From: Octopus bimaculoides
Taxonomy: Eukaryota
NCBI RefSeq assembly: GCF_001194135.2
Contig: NC_068985.1
Coordinates: 59,289,561-59,353,560, forward strand
Length of the DNA: 64,000 bases
Direction of reading: 5' to 3'
The first letter of the stretch is position 1. The number at the start of each line of letters is the position of its first letter. The translations under genes were made by a program, and so were the position numbers. Below are positions 25,766 to 39,046 of this stretch, in pieces. The notes beneath the pieces are model-generated. The model searched no databases. It was given only the letters and a program-made list of their open reading frames with translations, and had not been told where the DNA came from.

Positions 25766-26616
25766 GTAAGCGAAATGGTTGTTTGTATCAAAAGTTGAAT
25801 AGAGGCCAAATCAGCCTAAAACAAGTTTACATATCTGATGAATTATTAGTTCCTACCTTGTCACTATTTTCACTTCTCTCGCGGTTATCAATACACTTTA
25901 ACTTTTGACGTGTTAATTTATGCATCAATTTACTCTTTGGAATGGACAAAAGACGAAGGGGCTCAGATGTTTTCTCACCACCTACATGAAATAGTAACTG
26001 AATTACCCTACTTACATCGTTTAAAAAATTGGAAGAACACTTTCAATACCGCAGTCATAAATATTAATATATCAGAGTATAAGTATGGTGGCCATAGCAG
26101 GAACTTCTTTATTCCGAGGTTCCTGATGGCGCTTAACCAGAGAATAAGCCGCAGCCACGTAAATGAAAACAAATTACTCGCAATAGTTGTTAGTAAGTTA
26201 CGTTAGTCGAACTATAAATAATTTTAATTAACACAATTAGTCATAATTAGGAATTCGAGATTTGAACAAAAATGTGATCCATAGCGCAATCCCTATATTA
26301 TGTAGCTAACTATTTATTGACAATGAAAATTTGTATCACTTTCTATGTAGTAGAGAGTCAGACGTCAGAGAAGAAATAACATTGTGTAACTTTGACTGTG
26401 AATTTCTCTCCTTGATGAAATATCTCTATGCCTGTCGTCTATATAACTCACTAAAGAATCCATTTCTGACAGCCCGACAAAGAATAACAGGCAGAAAATT
26501 CGAAGTCACAGTCTTGTAAAAATTAATAAATATATGCTCTACGAAATGTACTGAGTAATTATTCAGTTTACTGCTAAAGTGTTTTATTTTGTTTTGTTTT
26601 TATTATAACTCAACAG

Positions 26617-26783
26617 AAGGCGGTGAGCGGGCAGAATCGTTAGCTCAGCGACATTTCGTCCGTCCTTGTCGACTTTGCCTTTCGGGGTCGATGAAATAAA
26701 GTACCAGTTACGTAGTGGGGTCGATATGATTGACTATTCCTCATCCCCAAATTTCAGGCCTTTTGCCGTCAGTAGAAAGGATT
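26617..26783 (+). mobile_element. SINE family A (deleted variant) with TSD
   Basis: Head gaaggcggtgagcgggcagaatcgttag, core ggggtcgat..agtaccagtt; attataact(c/g)aac lies on both flanks (26602-26614, 26781-26793). Confidence 0.8.
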
Positions 26784-26824
26784 ATAACTGAACATAAAAC
26801 ATATCTTGATATAATATGTATACG

Positions 26825-27040
26825 GAAGGCGGCGGGCTGACAGAATCGTTTGCACTCTAGACAAAATTTTTGGCTGCATTTCGTCCGTCTTTATATTCTA
26901 ATTTCAAATTCCAACTAGATCGGCATTGCTTTTCATACATTTCGGGGTCGAGAAAATATTACGAGTTAAGGATTGGAATCGATGTAACTGATTTACCCCC
27001 TCCCCCGAAATTGCTGGCTTTGTGCCAAATTTGAGACGAA
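26825..27040 (+). mobile_element. SINE family A, diverged
   Basis: gaaggcggcgggctgacagaatcg..ttcaaattcc..tttcggggtcga..gctggctttgtgccaaatttga. Confidence 0.75.
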
Positions 27041-27065
27041 TATTATATTTATAATATATATTATA

Positions 27066-27225
27066 GCGTAGGCGGGTTGTTTGATAAGAAGTTGGCTAGC
27101 CAAACACTGTGTTCCGGTTTCAGTCCCATTGCACGGCATATTGGGTAAGTGTCTTATTCTGTAGCCTCGGGCCGACCAAAGACTTGTGAATGGATTTGGT
27201 AGACAGAAATAGAAAGAATATATGC
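27066..27225 (+). mobile_element. SINE family B, 5' half, followed by (TACA)n
   Basis: gttccggtttcagtcccattgcacggcatattgggtaagtgtc..tagcctcgggccgaccaaagacttgtgaatggatttggtagac. Confidence 0.8.
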
Positions 27226-27262
27226 ATACATAGATACATACATACATACATACATACATACA

Positions 27263-27293
<31 letters not shown>

Positions 27294-27375
27294 GTATATT
27301 ATGTGAATAAGGGGTCCAACGTAGGTAATATATGAGCGTGTGAATATAAAGATTTACTTTTCGTAAGGAGATAGA

Positions 27376-27587
27376 AAATAGAATGTCTTACAGCAGTTTC
27401 CATGATATTTATTATATCCCTTCATCGGAGACGGTGTGAGAGGATGGCTAAGCAATAGTTAATTTAGATAAGATCACTCTCTATTTCGTATCTTATCTAA
27501 ATTAACTATTGCTTAACCATCCTCTCACACCGTCTCCGATGAAAGGATATGATAAATAACCTGGAAACAGCTGTAAGAATTCTATTT
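27376..27587. repeat. Fold-back element (arms about 98 bp, 15-nt loop) with a hammerhead-like motif in each arm
   Basis: 27376-27474 is the reverse complement of 27490-27587 (few mismatches). + strand 27532-27578: gtct-CCGATGA-[stem II]-GAAAC-agct-GTA-aga; minus strand 27432-27385: gtct-CCGATGA-...-GAAAC-tgct-GTA-agac. Confidence 0.85.
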
Positions 27588-28329
27588 ATAAACGTTCTAA
27601 AATATACACAGCCTTGGTTTTTTATCTCATTACGAAAAGTTAATCCTTATATATATATATATATANNNNNNNNNNNNNNNNNNNNNNNNNNNNNNNNNNN
27701 NNNNNNNNNNNNNNNNNNNNNNNNNNNNNNNNNNNNNNNNNNNNNNNNNNNNNNNNNNNNNNNNNNNNNNNNNNNNNNNNNNNNNNNNNNNNNNNNNNNN
27801 NNNNNNNNNNNNNNNNNNNNNNNNNNNNNNNNNNNNNNNNNNNNNNNNNNNNNNNNNNNNNNNNNNNNNNNNNNNNNNNNNNNNNNNNNNNNNNNNNNNN
27901 NNNNNNNNNNNNNNNNNNNNNNNNNNNNNNNNNNNNNNNNNNNNNNNNNNNNNNNNNNNNNNNNNNNNNNNNNNNNNNNNNNNNNNNNNNNNNNNNNNNN
28001 NNNNNNNNNNNNNNNNNNNNNNNNNNNNNNNNNNNNNNNNNNNNNNNNNNNNNNNNNNNNNNNNNNNNNNNNNNNNNNNNNNNNNNNNNNNNNNNNNNNN
28101 NNNNNNNNNNNNNNNNNNNNNNNNNNNNNNNNNNNNNNNNNNNNNNNNNNNNNNNNNNNNNNNNNNNNNNNNNNNNNNNNNNNNNNNNNNNNNNNNNNNN
28201 NNNNNNNNNNNNNNNNNNNNNNNNNNNNNNNNNNNNNNNNNNNNNNNNNNNNNNNNNNNNNNNNNNNNNNNNNNNNNNNNNNNNNNNNNNNNNNNNNNNN
28301 NNNNNNNNNNNNNNNNNNNNNNCTATCTA

Positions 28330-28377
<48 letters not shown>

Positions 28378-28802
28378 TCCCTCCACCTCCCCTATCTCCC
28401 TCCACCTCCCTATCTCCCCCCCCTCTCTCTCCATTATACAGAGATTAATACGGTAGAACAACTAAAATGAAATATATCATCGAGATGGAATACACATGCT
28501 TTTTAACACTCAAAATATGTGAAATATGGAACTCTAACAGCAGCCTTGATATTGTTATGTGTTAAATCATATTGAAGCTTACTAAAAACAATGAAATACT
28601 GTTAGTCATGATCACTCCCAACTAAAAATTGTAAGAACTTCATAATAGGTAAAAAAAAAAATCAATTAGTCAATTCTACGTAATTTCTTTGTATTTTTTA
28701 ATTCCAAATTCAAATTTCTAATCTTGTTAGGTGGAGATAGTTTCTCCTTTGTATTAACAATTATGACCCTGAAAACATACACAGATCACAAGATTATATT
28801 TA

Positions 28803-28946
28803 GCTTCCGTCTACCAAATTTACTAAGGCTTTGATCGGTCCGGGTCTACAATAAGAGACAAATGCCCAAAGAATGATATGATAGCGCTAACATGAAAATC
28901 ACATGGCTGCGAAGCGAACTTTTCAGCCACACAGTAAAGACTGCAC
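28803..28946 (-). mobile_element. SINE family B fragment, diverged
   Basis: ttccgtctaccaaatt..ggctttgatcggtccggg..cacatggctgcgaagcgaac..ccacacag. Confidence 0.6.
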
Positions 28947-29494
28947 TTATATATATTGTTACGAATTTCTCTATCAAAGTTTATATTTTTGTCATTGTCA
29001 TTAGCATTATTATAACATTTTAATAAATAACTTCGTCTAATTGCTATTACATGTCTATTGAATAAATTTCCTATTTTTCTATTTTAATGAAAACATTATT
29101 TCTATTATATAAAGCATAGATTTGTCGTTAACTGCGTCGTTCTTCTGCTAACCTAATCACATACTTTGATTTCTTTCAGAAGATTTCTTTTTCGCCTTTT
29201 TCCTATATTTCATTTTCGCATTATTTATAATTCCGATAATTATTCAATTTTTGTTACTCAACTAAATGTTAATCGCAGCTTTGAAACATGATTCACTTTA
29301 GTTGAAGTAGACACAATTATCGATCTTTACGGATTCTTTATTCATCCGATGTTTAAACATTCACATTATTAATCTATTGATTTCAATATTAGAAATACGC
29401 TTAAATCTTTAGATTGTTTCGCAACTTTTTTCTTAATTATGGTATATACGTATGGGTGTAGGTGCTTGTGAGTGTGTACTGCACCTGAAGAAGC

Positions 29495-29545
<51 letters not shown>

Positions 29546-30048
29546 TGTGTGTGTATGTGCGTGTGTGTGTGTATGTATGTATGTATGTATATATATATAT
29601 ATACATGTATGTATACAAACATACGCACATACATACAGACACACATGCATATATACATACATACATACATACATACATACATTCTACTGTATAAATATAT
29701 CGTAACTGTTTTTAAAGTATAATTATAACCGCTGATGTGTGAGTGATAAGAATAGGTGCAGGCATGACTGTAGTCCAGTGACTGACACAAAGGATATATA
29801 ATATATTGATGTATATTTTAAGCACCGCAAACATTATCGGATATAGAACGCAATACGCTGAGTTGAGTGGAGTGGCTAGATAGGTATACGGTATCAATCA
29901 TTGATCTCCTCACTCAGTTTCGTTCTTGGCCGGGTTGTTCATAGCAGCCCGAGGCAAAACTCATAGTAGACCGATATAACCATAATGTACATAAATATGT
30001 ACATAGATACAACATGCGCGCACGCACACGCACACGCACGCACACACG

Positions 30049-30084
<36 letters not shown>

Positions 30085-30309
30085 AATATATATATAAAGC
30101 ACGATTTATTCGCGATCAGATTTGTTCGAAAACCGAGGTACTATTGTATATTTATACATATATATATGTATATGTATATAGTATTTCTGTCTACTCCCTC
30201 AGCCCTTCCCCTAACAGATACTGCCCCTTTGTTCTCTCAGCCTTAGATATGCAAGGATTTAATAAACTAGTCTATAAATTAAAACTTACCCCATAAAATC
30301 AAAAAATCA

Positions 30310-30600
30310 GTGATAGGCAGAGTCTGTAACAATGTATATCTTCTTGATACCTTAGTAGCTTCTCCTCTGGGTGAAGGCAGCATGTTCTTTATCTATCTCC
30401 TTAACATCTTGGAGATTTTAGGTATAATTATACTAACGTGTCCATCTCTTGTAATTTAATTGAATTCCTATGTCTTTCTGCAACGGAGGATTGCTCTGCA
30501 TTTAAATTGATGTAATGATTTCAGTATTCAATTAAATAGAGTTGGATGAAACGATCGTATTGCATTACCTCTGGATATCCTTGTTGCTTATTTTGATTTT
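30310..30600 (-). mobile_element. Highly decayed PLE-like endonuclease C-terminal fragment
   Basis: Minus-strand peptide NLNAEQSSVAERHRNS..KLQEMDTL resembles the PLE 'EKSAVAEH...GH.I' region; many stops. Confidence 0.3.
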
Positions 30601-30854
30601 AATCACCTTACATTGAAATTGTATGGATGATACCGTACTAAATTCTGGTGACTCAACTTAAGTACCATATTCATCTGAATATATATATATATATAATTTA
30701 ATTTATATAACGGCATTACTATACAATAATGCCTCACGCTTAGAGGAACTCCATAAGTCAAAACTACCAAAATAAACACATTTTTACCGATCGCGAAGGA
30801 ATGCAACTTCAAAGCTAACCTCCTAAAAACTTAAAGTCTAATGTTCTTAGCTGA

Positions 30855-31697
30855 GACTTTAGGTGGGGCCAACCAGATCGAACTGTTTCAAGTGTAATTG
30901 CGTGAAACAGTAAAGGTTTTTGGTATACTTGACTGAGGAAAGAAGGCCACGAATGACCCGTCTTTTTTGCCTGTCCTTCGAATTGTTGTTTCTCCTGTCC
31001 ACCTTTGTATCGTCTATCTGTCTAGATGTTTTATTGCCCTGTATTGCATTTTGTCCCATTTTTATACTTATATATACATAAAGCGACATACGTACACACT
31101 TGTGCTCACCTTATAATAGGTATGTATCTAAATTTTGTACGACTCGTACTCTATCTTTTCTCCCCCTCTCTTTCTCACATTTCTTGGCCCTCTCTTTCTC
31201 ACATGTCTTGGCCCTCTCTTTCGTTAACTTCCACTTTCCCCCTCGTGTACCTTCCCATTTGTCTCTGATTTCTTTTCTAATCCTTCAGTCCCGCTATCCT
31301 TACCCCCTCTCTCCTCCTTCCACGTGACCGGTATCCGGCCAGCCGTGATCTTTCTTTTATGGCCTGACTGCCGACCGCCAGTACCTCTTATCTCCATCTC
31401 CTATGTTCCTGCCTTTAGGCTTTCACTTCATACACGCCAGCTCAATGTGATTCGTTCTCAGTCGAATGACACCTGTTGTTATATTCTTCTTGTTTGTATT
31501 TCTATTTGTGTACCATGTTCTCCGTTTTTTGTCTTTGTTGCCGTACATATTCACTAGCTTTCATACAAAAAAGTCTAATGCTTTTCGCTTAGACTTGGGG
31601 GGGGGGCAACCAGATCGAACTGTCTCAAGTATAACTACCCGAAACAGTAAGGACTTCTGGTATACTTGACTGAGGATAGAAGGCCATGCATGACCAA
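30855..31697 (+). mobile_element. Non-coding element with about 110-bp direct terminal repeats (pseudo-LTR-like), period about 735 bp
   Basis: caaccagatcgaactgt(t/c)tcaagt..gaaacagtaa..tggtatacttgactgagga(a/t)agaaggcca..atgacc occurs at about 30870-30960 and 31607-31697 (second copy runs into a gap). Confidence 0.6.
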
Positions 31698-32059
31698 NNN
31701 NNNNNNNNNNNNNNNNNNNNNNNNNNNNNNNNNNNNNNNNNNNNNNNNNNNNNNNNNNNNNNNNNNNNNNNNNNNNNNNNNNNNNNNNNNNNNNNNNNNN
31801 NNNNNNNNNNNNNNNNNNNNNNNNNNNNNNNNNNNNNNNNNNNNNNNNNNNNNNNNNNNNNNNNNNNNNNNNNNNNNNNNNNNNNNNNNNNNNNNNNNNN
31901 NNNNNNNNNNNNNNNNNNNNNNNNNNNNNNNNNNNNNNNNNNNNNNNNNNNNNNNNNNNNNNNNNNNNNNNNNNNNNNNNNNNNNNNNNNNNNNNNNNNN
32001 NNNNNNNNNNNNNNNNNNNNATATATACATACCTTATTTAAAATCAGCATAAATATCAC

Positions 32060-32260
32060 AAAACTGTTACTCGGAGTTTCAAGTTCCCGCTCGTCGGACA
32101 AGCAAAAACATTAAAAAAAACTAGTTTAAAGGATACGCATTTCAAAATGGTTTTGTTTCATTTGTTCTTTCAAGAAACGGTCTTAAGCATGTAATGAACA
32201 AAATAACTTGACTATAAATTCATGCTATTGTAAAATCGAAGGAAACCTTAAATCGAAGGA
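32060..32260. repeat. Interspersed repeat fragment (homolog at 42832-43050)
   Basis: aaaactgttactcggagtttcaagttcccgctcgtcggaca vs aaaaactgctactcaaagtttcacgttcccgttcgttggata; both copies continue to atcgaag(g/a)aaaccttaaat. Confidence 0.6.
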
Positions 32261-33379
32261 CAGATTCCAAATACCTATAGTAAATAATCATATGCGAAAT
32301 ACAAGTCAATTAATACATTAAAATCAAAATTAAAAATTTCACGCTATATTACATAAATATTTTTTCAGCTGTACATACGCATACTAGACCAACTATAATA
32401 TACATACATACATCAAAATACACAGATGCATGAACATAGATATATACGTATTTAGACGTACATATATAACACATAAGTATATACACAAATATACACATAT
32501 AAATATATGTACTTATACATGCACGCATATAAAATCTCTGGGCGTATACATATACATGTAAGACATAAATATATACACATATACACATATACACATATAC
32601 ACATATACACATATACACATATACATATATGACGCAATACAAGCACGCGCATAAAACGTCTTAGTGTATACATATACAGGACAGTTATTGTAGATGAGGG
32701 GTATAGGAAGTATACTTTAAGCGTAGAGAGGAGGCAGATAAGAAAAAGAAACAAAGACGTAAAAACTAGCGAGCGAAAGAAAAAAAAAATTTTAAGGGCG
32801 CTAGCAATGTATCCAGTGGGAAGAGAAAAGATAGTTCGAGTGAGGAGAAAAAAGAAAGAGAAATAGATCACGAAATATGTGTAACGAACATAAATATATG
32901 TAAATATACATTAGCATACAAATACACATATATATGATTACGTATATAAATATACAGAAATAAGTGCGTAAATAAATATTCACACAAATAGAAGTGTACA
33001 CATATACGCCCATGTACTATGTACGTAAATGTAAACATACACGTATACTTACACACATACACAGACGCACAGATACAAATACATATGCATGCCTACAATA
33101 CACACATCCACATAAAAGCACATCTAGATCTCAACGTATATATACAAACAACTTTTTTAAAATTGCTCAATGTATATAATAATAAAATCGGATACTAGAC
33201 ATTTGCAAAATTCAGCACCATGCGTAGAATTATCTATAATATAAATATAACAATTAAATAAGTTCGTAAAATACAATAAAATAATAAAAGCTTAAACTTT
33301 AAAATAATATATATAAAAGTCGAAGGCTTTCTTAATGAATACGTTGAAATACATACAATATCATTGCGATGCGAAACAA

Positions 33380-33653
33380 CCATATACTACAACACAAGAA
33401 TTCAATAGTGATATTGGAAATCAGTTCAAGAATTCAAAAATACAGTCTATCCATATAGTATTTTGTCGGCTGATATTTTGAATTTTGTTGCGTGCCTGCA
33501 GGATTTTAAGAGTTCGCGTCTTTGATTCAAGGCGATATTGTCCTGGAATAAAATATGAAATTTTTCCGAAATGCATAAATCACATTTTATGGACGTTTTA
33601 TGAGCACCATGCCTGTAAGCTGACACTTTATCTAAAATTTTCCATGTCATTTT
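33380..33653 (-). mobile_element. Penelope-like element, C-terminal endonuclease segment and 3' UTR
   Basis: KMTWKILDKVSAY..CDLCISEKFHIL..LNQRRELLKSCRHATKF (PLE C-terminal CxLC..EK..CRH motif). Confidence 0.85.
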
Positions 33654-33655
33654 CC

Positions 33656-33797
33656 GTGCTATTTTCTGTGTGTTATATATACTTGTACGTTCTGGCGTTT
33701 TTGTTATTTATTTGTCTGAATATTTTTTTATCATACCTAATGCGCCTACTATGATAGGAATTGTTTCTGTTTTTAGACTCCACATTCGAGTTACATC

Positions 33798-33798
<1 letters not shown>
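33656..33798 (-). mobile_element. R4-clade 3' fragment (doubly truncated)
   Basis: VTRMWSLKTETIPIIVGALGMIKKYSDK..; near-identical to 35726-35868. Confidence 0.85.
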
Positions 33799-33864
<66 letters not shown>

Positions 33865-33922
33865 GAGTGAGAGAGCAGTGCATGCCATCAAAGTGGCACT
33901 GGGGTAAAATATACGAAGCCCA
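33865..33922 (-). mobile_element. Family X 3' end (with (AAT)n tail at 33799-33864)
   Basis: gagtgagagagcagtgcatgccatcaaagtggcactggggtaaaatatacgaagccca corresponds to 4733-4790. Confidence 0.85.
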
Positions 33923-34986
33923 TTGAAAGGATGGGTTTCATTTTCTTTCAATCCCCAGACATGTTTTGCCAGACTGGTTCTTGTCCTATTTTCGGTGTAC
34001 CAGAAGGAATATCTAGGGGAATAAAATCTGGTTTTGAAAGAATTTTCTGAAGATCCTGTGTATGTTTTATATTAATGTGAGTATTCTATTTGTACTTTGG
34101 CCCTATACACAATCCCTTTCTCCGCATAGTTTCCTTTCAACGGACAAGGCAGTCTCATCTTTGGAATTGCAATTCTTCGGATCAGAATCGGCACTGAGGT
34201 TATTTGTGATTATTTACGTGTTGTGTTGGCTAATGAAAGAGGCGAGGTTTTTACAACAGGAATAGCTAATTTTCAGCGTTTTTCTATTAAATATTCTGTA
34301 AAACATATGGCTAGGTTGAAAATGTTTAGAAACTAACTTTAAGAACTCCCTACCTATATTACTTTTTACGACCATATTAAAAGCTGGGTTGAACCACAAA
34401 ACCCCCCTAGTCCTAGTTCTACGTATGGTATTACTGCTAGCATTAACTTGATTATATTGAATCTTCTCAGAGAAACCACTATTCCTTAATGCGTTGTTGT
34501 AATAGGGGGAAGTATTTTGAAATGCTGTCTTATCCGAAGAAATTAACGATATTCGTCTACCTACATTACTGACTAGGTTCCTAAGAATAACTGGTTGATG
34601 ATTGCATTCTTTGCTAATATAAGATAGCTTTTCATTAGGCTTACGGTAAGGTTTGAATTTATCTAACTGTAAATCTAAATTTATATCTAAGAAATCTACA
34701 CTTTTAAGGTTAGTGTCTATCGTAATACGTAAGCCAATCCTTTGGAAGAAAGTAATTAGATCCTTCCTAAGCTTATCCAATTCGTAGCCGTTTAAATTAT
34801 GGTTGACTATAAGGCCGTCATCCCCATATAATCCTGTGTATATAAACGGGAATTCTAGCTTTAGATTATGCAAAATATAAGCTCCTGTGAGCACACATAA
34901 CTCAGCGCCGTCGTATGCCCCCATCGGTACATCGATAAGAGAATCCTCACTCTTTTTGACCCAGGTAGAATCCTCGTAAAAAAGAA
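33923..34986 (-). mobile_element. Penelope-like element: RT C-terminal half, thumb/linker, GIY-YIG
   Basis: ORF 34214-35008: DVPMGAYDGAELC, GLYGDDGL, VDFLDINLDL, KPYRKPN, VLWFNPAFN, RIFNRKTLKISYSC; downstream GIVYRAKV..YTGSSENSFKTRF..SLAKHVWGLKEN. Confidence 0.92.
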
Positions 34987-35394
34987 GTGCGCGACATGTT
35001 AATCTCATATCAAGATAAACCGTGCACGACCTTGCAGATGGAGTCCCGTTAGAATTTTCTGCAGTTGGAGTAGCCCATCCCGCTCAAAATGATGGTGAAC
35101 AAAACACCCATATTTCCAAAGATGAATTATGCAAACCCCAAAGAATTCCTTTCAACATATGGCTAAGATACTCCCTTACTTCAGCTTGTGGTCAGAGATG
35201 CACATATCATCAAAAGCCAAAGGACATGCTCAACTGGTTAAGGTCAAACAACTTACAAACATATCTGTTGTATTGAGCAGAATATTTGTTGTAGCCCATC
35301 TTTTATATCAAGACAAAACAATGTACATGAAAACACTTCCAATCAGTTAAAATCAGAAGCCATGACAGCCACTACTTGGTACTGCATCAGGGCA
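34987..35394 (-). mobile_element. Family X 5' part
   Basis: gtgcgcgacatg..atctcatatcaagataaac..cacttccaatcagttaa..gtactgcatcagggca corresponds to about 4855-5275. Confidence 0.85.
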
Positions 35395-35906
<512 letters not shown>

Positions 35907-35923
35907 CATTATTATTATTATTA

Positions 35924-36475
35924 TTTCACGTTATCACAGGTTCTGTTGGAACGCTTCGAGTCTCGCATGCGTAGCCGGCTTGCTACCTGCGGCTTACGGT
36001 ACCATGCTATCCATTCGTTTCAGCTAATACTTTCCTGGTTATTCTGGCCGTGTCAAGAGGCAAACCTTTTGTAAAAATTCTACTGGGCACTCTATTCTCA
36101 TTTTCTTGATATTCCACTTGATGCCTTATATTGATCCCAACAACCCAACAATAATTGGCACTATCTTCACATTTTCATTTTCCATAGCCAGGCTATTTCG
36201 TACTTAACATTGTTCGTTTTATCTATTTTCTCGCCTTCTTTCTTGACTCTTCGTGGGTCAAAGGAGTATGCAACATCAACTATATAGCACATGTCGTGCA
36301 TCTTGTCGACCACCACTAGGTCTGGTCTGTTATGTTCTAGCAATTGATCTGTTTGGATTGTGAAATCCCAGCGGATTTTGATAGCCTCCGACTCCGCCAC
36401 TCTCTGCAATTTGTGCTCACACCACGTTTTGCCTCTCTCTAGCCCCCGCTTTTCGCACAGTTACCAAGGTAGCAC
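35924..36475 (-). mobile_element. 5'-truncated R4-clade copy (RLE domain and 3' UTR)
   Basis: [49 protein letters not shown]; same subfamily as 58870-59790. Confidence 0.9.
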
Positions 36476-36512
36476 TTTGTTGTTGTTGTTGTTGTTGTTG
36501 TTATTATTTGTT

Positions 36513-36720
36513 GATAGCAGCGAGCGGGCAGAACCGTTAGCATGCCGGACATCAATGCTTAGTGGCATTCCGTCCGTCTTCATGCTCTGCGTTCAATTTC
36601 CGCCTTTCATCCTTTCGTGGTCGATAAAGTAAGTACCTGTTGAACACTAGGGTCGATATAAACCACTATATTCAACCCACCAAAAAGTTGCTGACTTTGT
36701 GCCAAAATTTGAAAGCATTA
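36513..36720 (+). mobile_element. SINE family A
   Basis: gcagcgagcgggcagaaccgttagcatgccggac..gttcaatttcc..cctttcgtggtcgataaagtaagtacc..ctttgtgccaaaatttgaaa. Confidence 0.8.
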
Positions 36721-36742
36721 TTATTCCTATTATTCTTTGTGA

Positions 36743-36796
<54 letters not shown>

Positions 36797-38660
36797 CAGC
36801 AGCAGTATTTCTACATGTAGCTTCGCTATTGACGACACCCAATAGATCCCCATAAGTTTATTAGCTGTTTCAGCGGACCCTTTCATAGAAATTGCTGTAC
36901 TGTTGCCTTAGTAAAGCCACCAGTATCGTAGGCAATGGCTCATTCTGCTTAGCGTTCAGTTATTTGAGGAATATCTGTAAATTATTTCAAATCCTGACTT
37001 CACTTTTTATTTTTTCAAAATTTCAAATCATAGTGACTGAATTTTAAAATCACAATAAAGAAGATAGCTGTTGATAGCATTTATTGCAACGCCTTCTCAC
37101 TGTTAATGGCTGACAATAACCTTAGGTGCACGCTCATCAACACTACCAGAAGTGGTAATGATAGTGACAACTACAACAAGAACAACAATAAAATAGTAGT
37201 AAGGGATCATATCATCACTGCTACTGCCGCTGTCAGCACCAACGTCACCACCAATACAAGTGCTACGGCCATTGCAACAATAAAGGATGACAACAGTATC
37301 AACGACGACGACAACAATAGTAATAACAAAACCAACACTGAAATTCATTACCGCCACCACCAACATCATCTCCACTACCACTGACCAGACTTGTCGACAT
37401 CAACCACAAATAGTAGTAATTAAAACGCTGCACTATTACCAGCAGCACAGTTTTCAGCGAAAGTAAAATATTATAAACCTTGGACTCTCACAACAGTTAA
37501 TTTAGCTTCTGAAATAATCAAGCTGTCGGACACTGGTAGGAAAGGTGCGGAAAAAAATGGGAAGAATCAATTCTCTACGAAGCATGTAGAAGAATAACTA
37601 CATATAAATACATAGCCATGAATACCTAAGTATCTGTATATAAATGTAGTATATATTTTTATATAAGCTGAAGTGAGCGGTATAGAAACAAAGAGGATTG
37701 TGTCGGAAGTCAGTCTGGCATTCGAAACGTATGTGGTAAGAGTTACTGAGTTCGATATGATAAGAGTAAATTTTTCAGCTAAATTGGAAACGAAAACATT
37801 CCCTAAAGGGCAATAAAAATGAGACTCTAGACTTTATCCTAAACTAAGTCGGTTAGTAACAGTCAAAAATATCAGCCGGCTGGTGCGAACATCCTAATCG
37901 ACATCGAAGTGAAAGCGATCATCCCCTAACTCTACAAGATATACAAGGAAAATCTGGAGTGATACGTGGGTGGAGGATCAAGCAGCGCATGATCCAAATA
38001 AATCAAGAGAGCATGGAAGCAGGCAACAACTACATAAGAGTTTCTGAAGAAAGCAGCTAAAACTAAAAACCTGACGCCCAAGACAACAGCAACATCAATA
38101 AAGCGTGAGCCAGTAGCAATAACAGCAACGACAGTAGCAGCTATATATGAGATATATGAATTCGTTTCCTGCTGCAGACGTTCGAGAGTGACTCTCTACT
38201 TTTGACACCTTCGTATGGTCAAAACTGCATTGGATGCCATATGGAGACATACGTTGATAAATTAAGAGGTGATTCTGGATGTCACTGAGAGGAACTATCA
38301 TTACATATGATGGAAGAGAAATGTCGGTGAAGGATCAGGATCATCTGAATCCGAGTAGTTCGACCTAACACTAATGAAATGATAATGATGATGGTAGTGG
38401 TGGTGGTGGAGGTAACGACGATGACGATAATGATACATGGTAGAAAGAGTAACATTTCAGCATCAAATTACACCCAAACGTCTTAAAAGAGGAAGGATGT
38501 GCTGGAAGGAGTCGACTTCTGAATAGAAAATTAGGTGACCTGACCGCAATAGGAAAACCTTGAGTCACAGGTTTTTTTCACTCAGAGCTAATAAAAAAAT
38601 ACTATCATAACTGAAAACACTTCTCGAACAGGGCTTGAACTCCAAAACAGAAGATAATAT

Positions 38661-39046
38661 TTTTTGTTGGCACTCCGTCGCTTACGACGTCGAGGGTTCC
38701 AGTTGATCCGATCAACGGAACAGCCTGCTCGTGAAATTAACGTGCAAGTGGCTGAGCACTCCACAGACACGTGTACCCTTAACGTAGTTCTCGGTGATAT
38801 TCAGCGTGACACAGTATGACAAGGCTGACCCTTTGAATTACAGGCACAACAGAAACAGGAAGTAAGAGTGAGAGAAAGTTGTGGTGAAAGAGTACAGCAG
38901 GGTTCGCCACCATGCCCTTCCGGAGCCTCGTGGAACTTTAGGTGTTTTTGCTCAATAAACACTCACAACGCCCGGTCTGGGAATCGAAACCACGATCCTA
39001 TGACCGCCAGTCCGCTGCCCTAACCACTGGGCCTTTGCGCTTCCAC
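38661..39046 (-). mobile_element. Full-length, low-divergence tRNA-derived SINE (family C) with TSD
   Basis: Minus strand: gtggaagcgcaaaGGCCCAGTGGTTAGG..ggtTTCGATTCCcagacc; ends gacggagtgccaacaaaaa; agataatat at 38652-38660 and 39050-39058. Confidence 0.88.

Noticed and set aside
32640-32880. Purine-rich Lys/Arg/Glu-coding-like stretch
   Set aside because: Stops occur in the plausible frames, it is embedded in TA/CA microsatellite, and there are no convincing splice sites.
34214-34216. Possible selenocysteine read-through in the PLE ORF (known in some Naiad PLEs)
   Set aside because: The stop ending the ORF is TAA, not TGA; ordinary decay explains it.
37860-38370. GC-richer segment, possibly a LINE relic
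   Set aside because: No diagnostic motif could be read in any frame; left unclassified.
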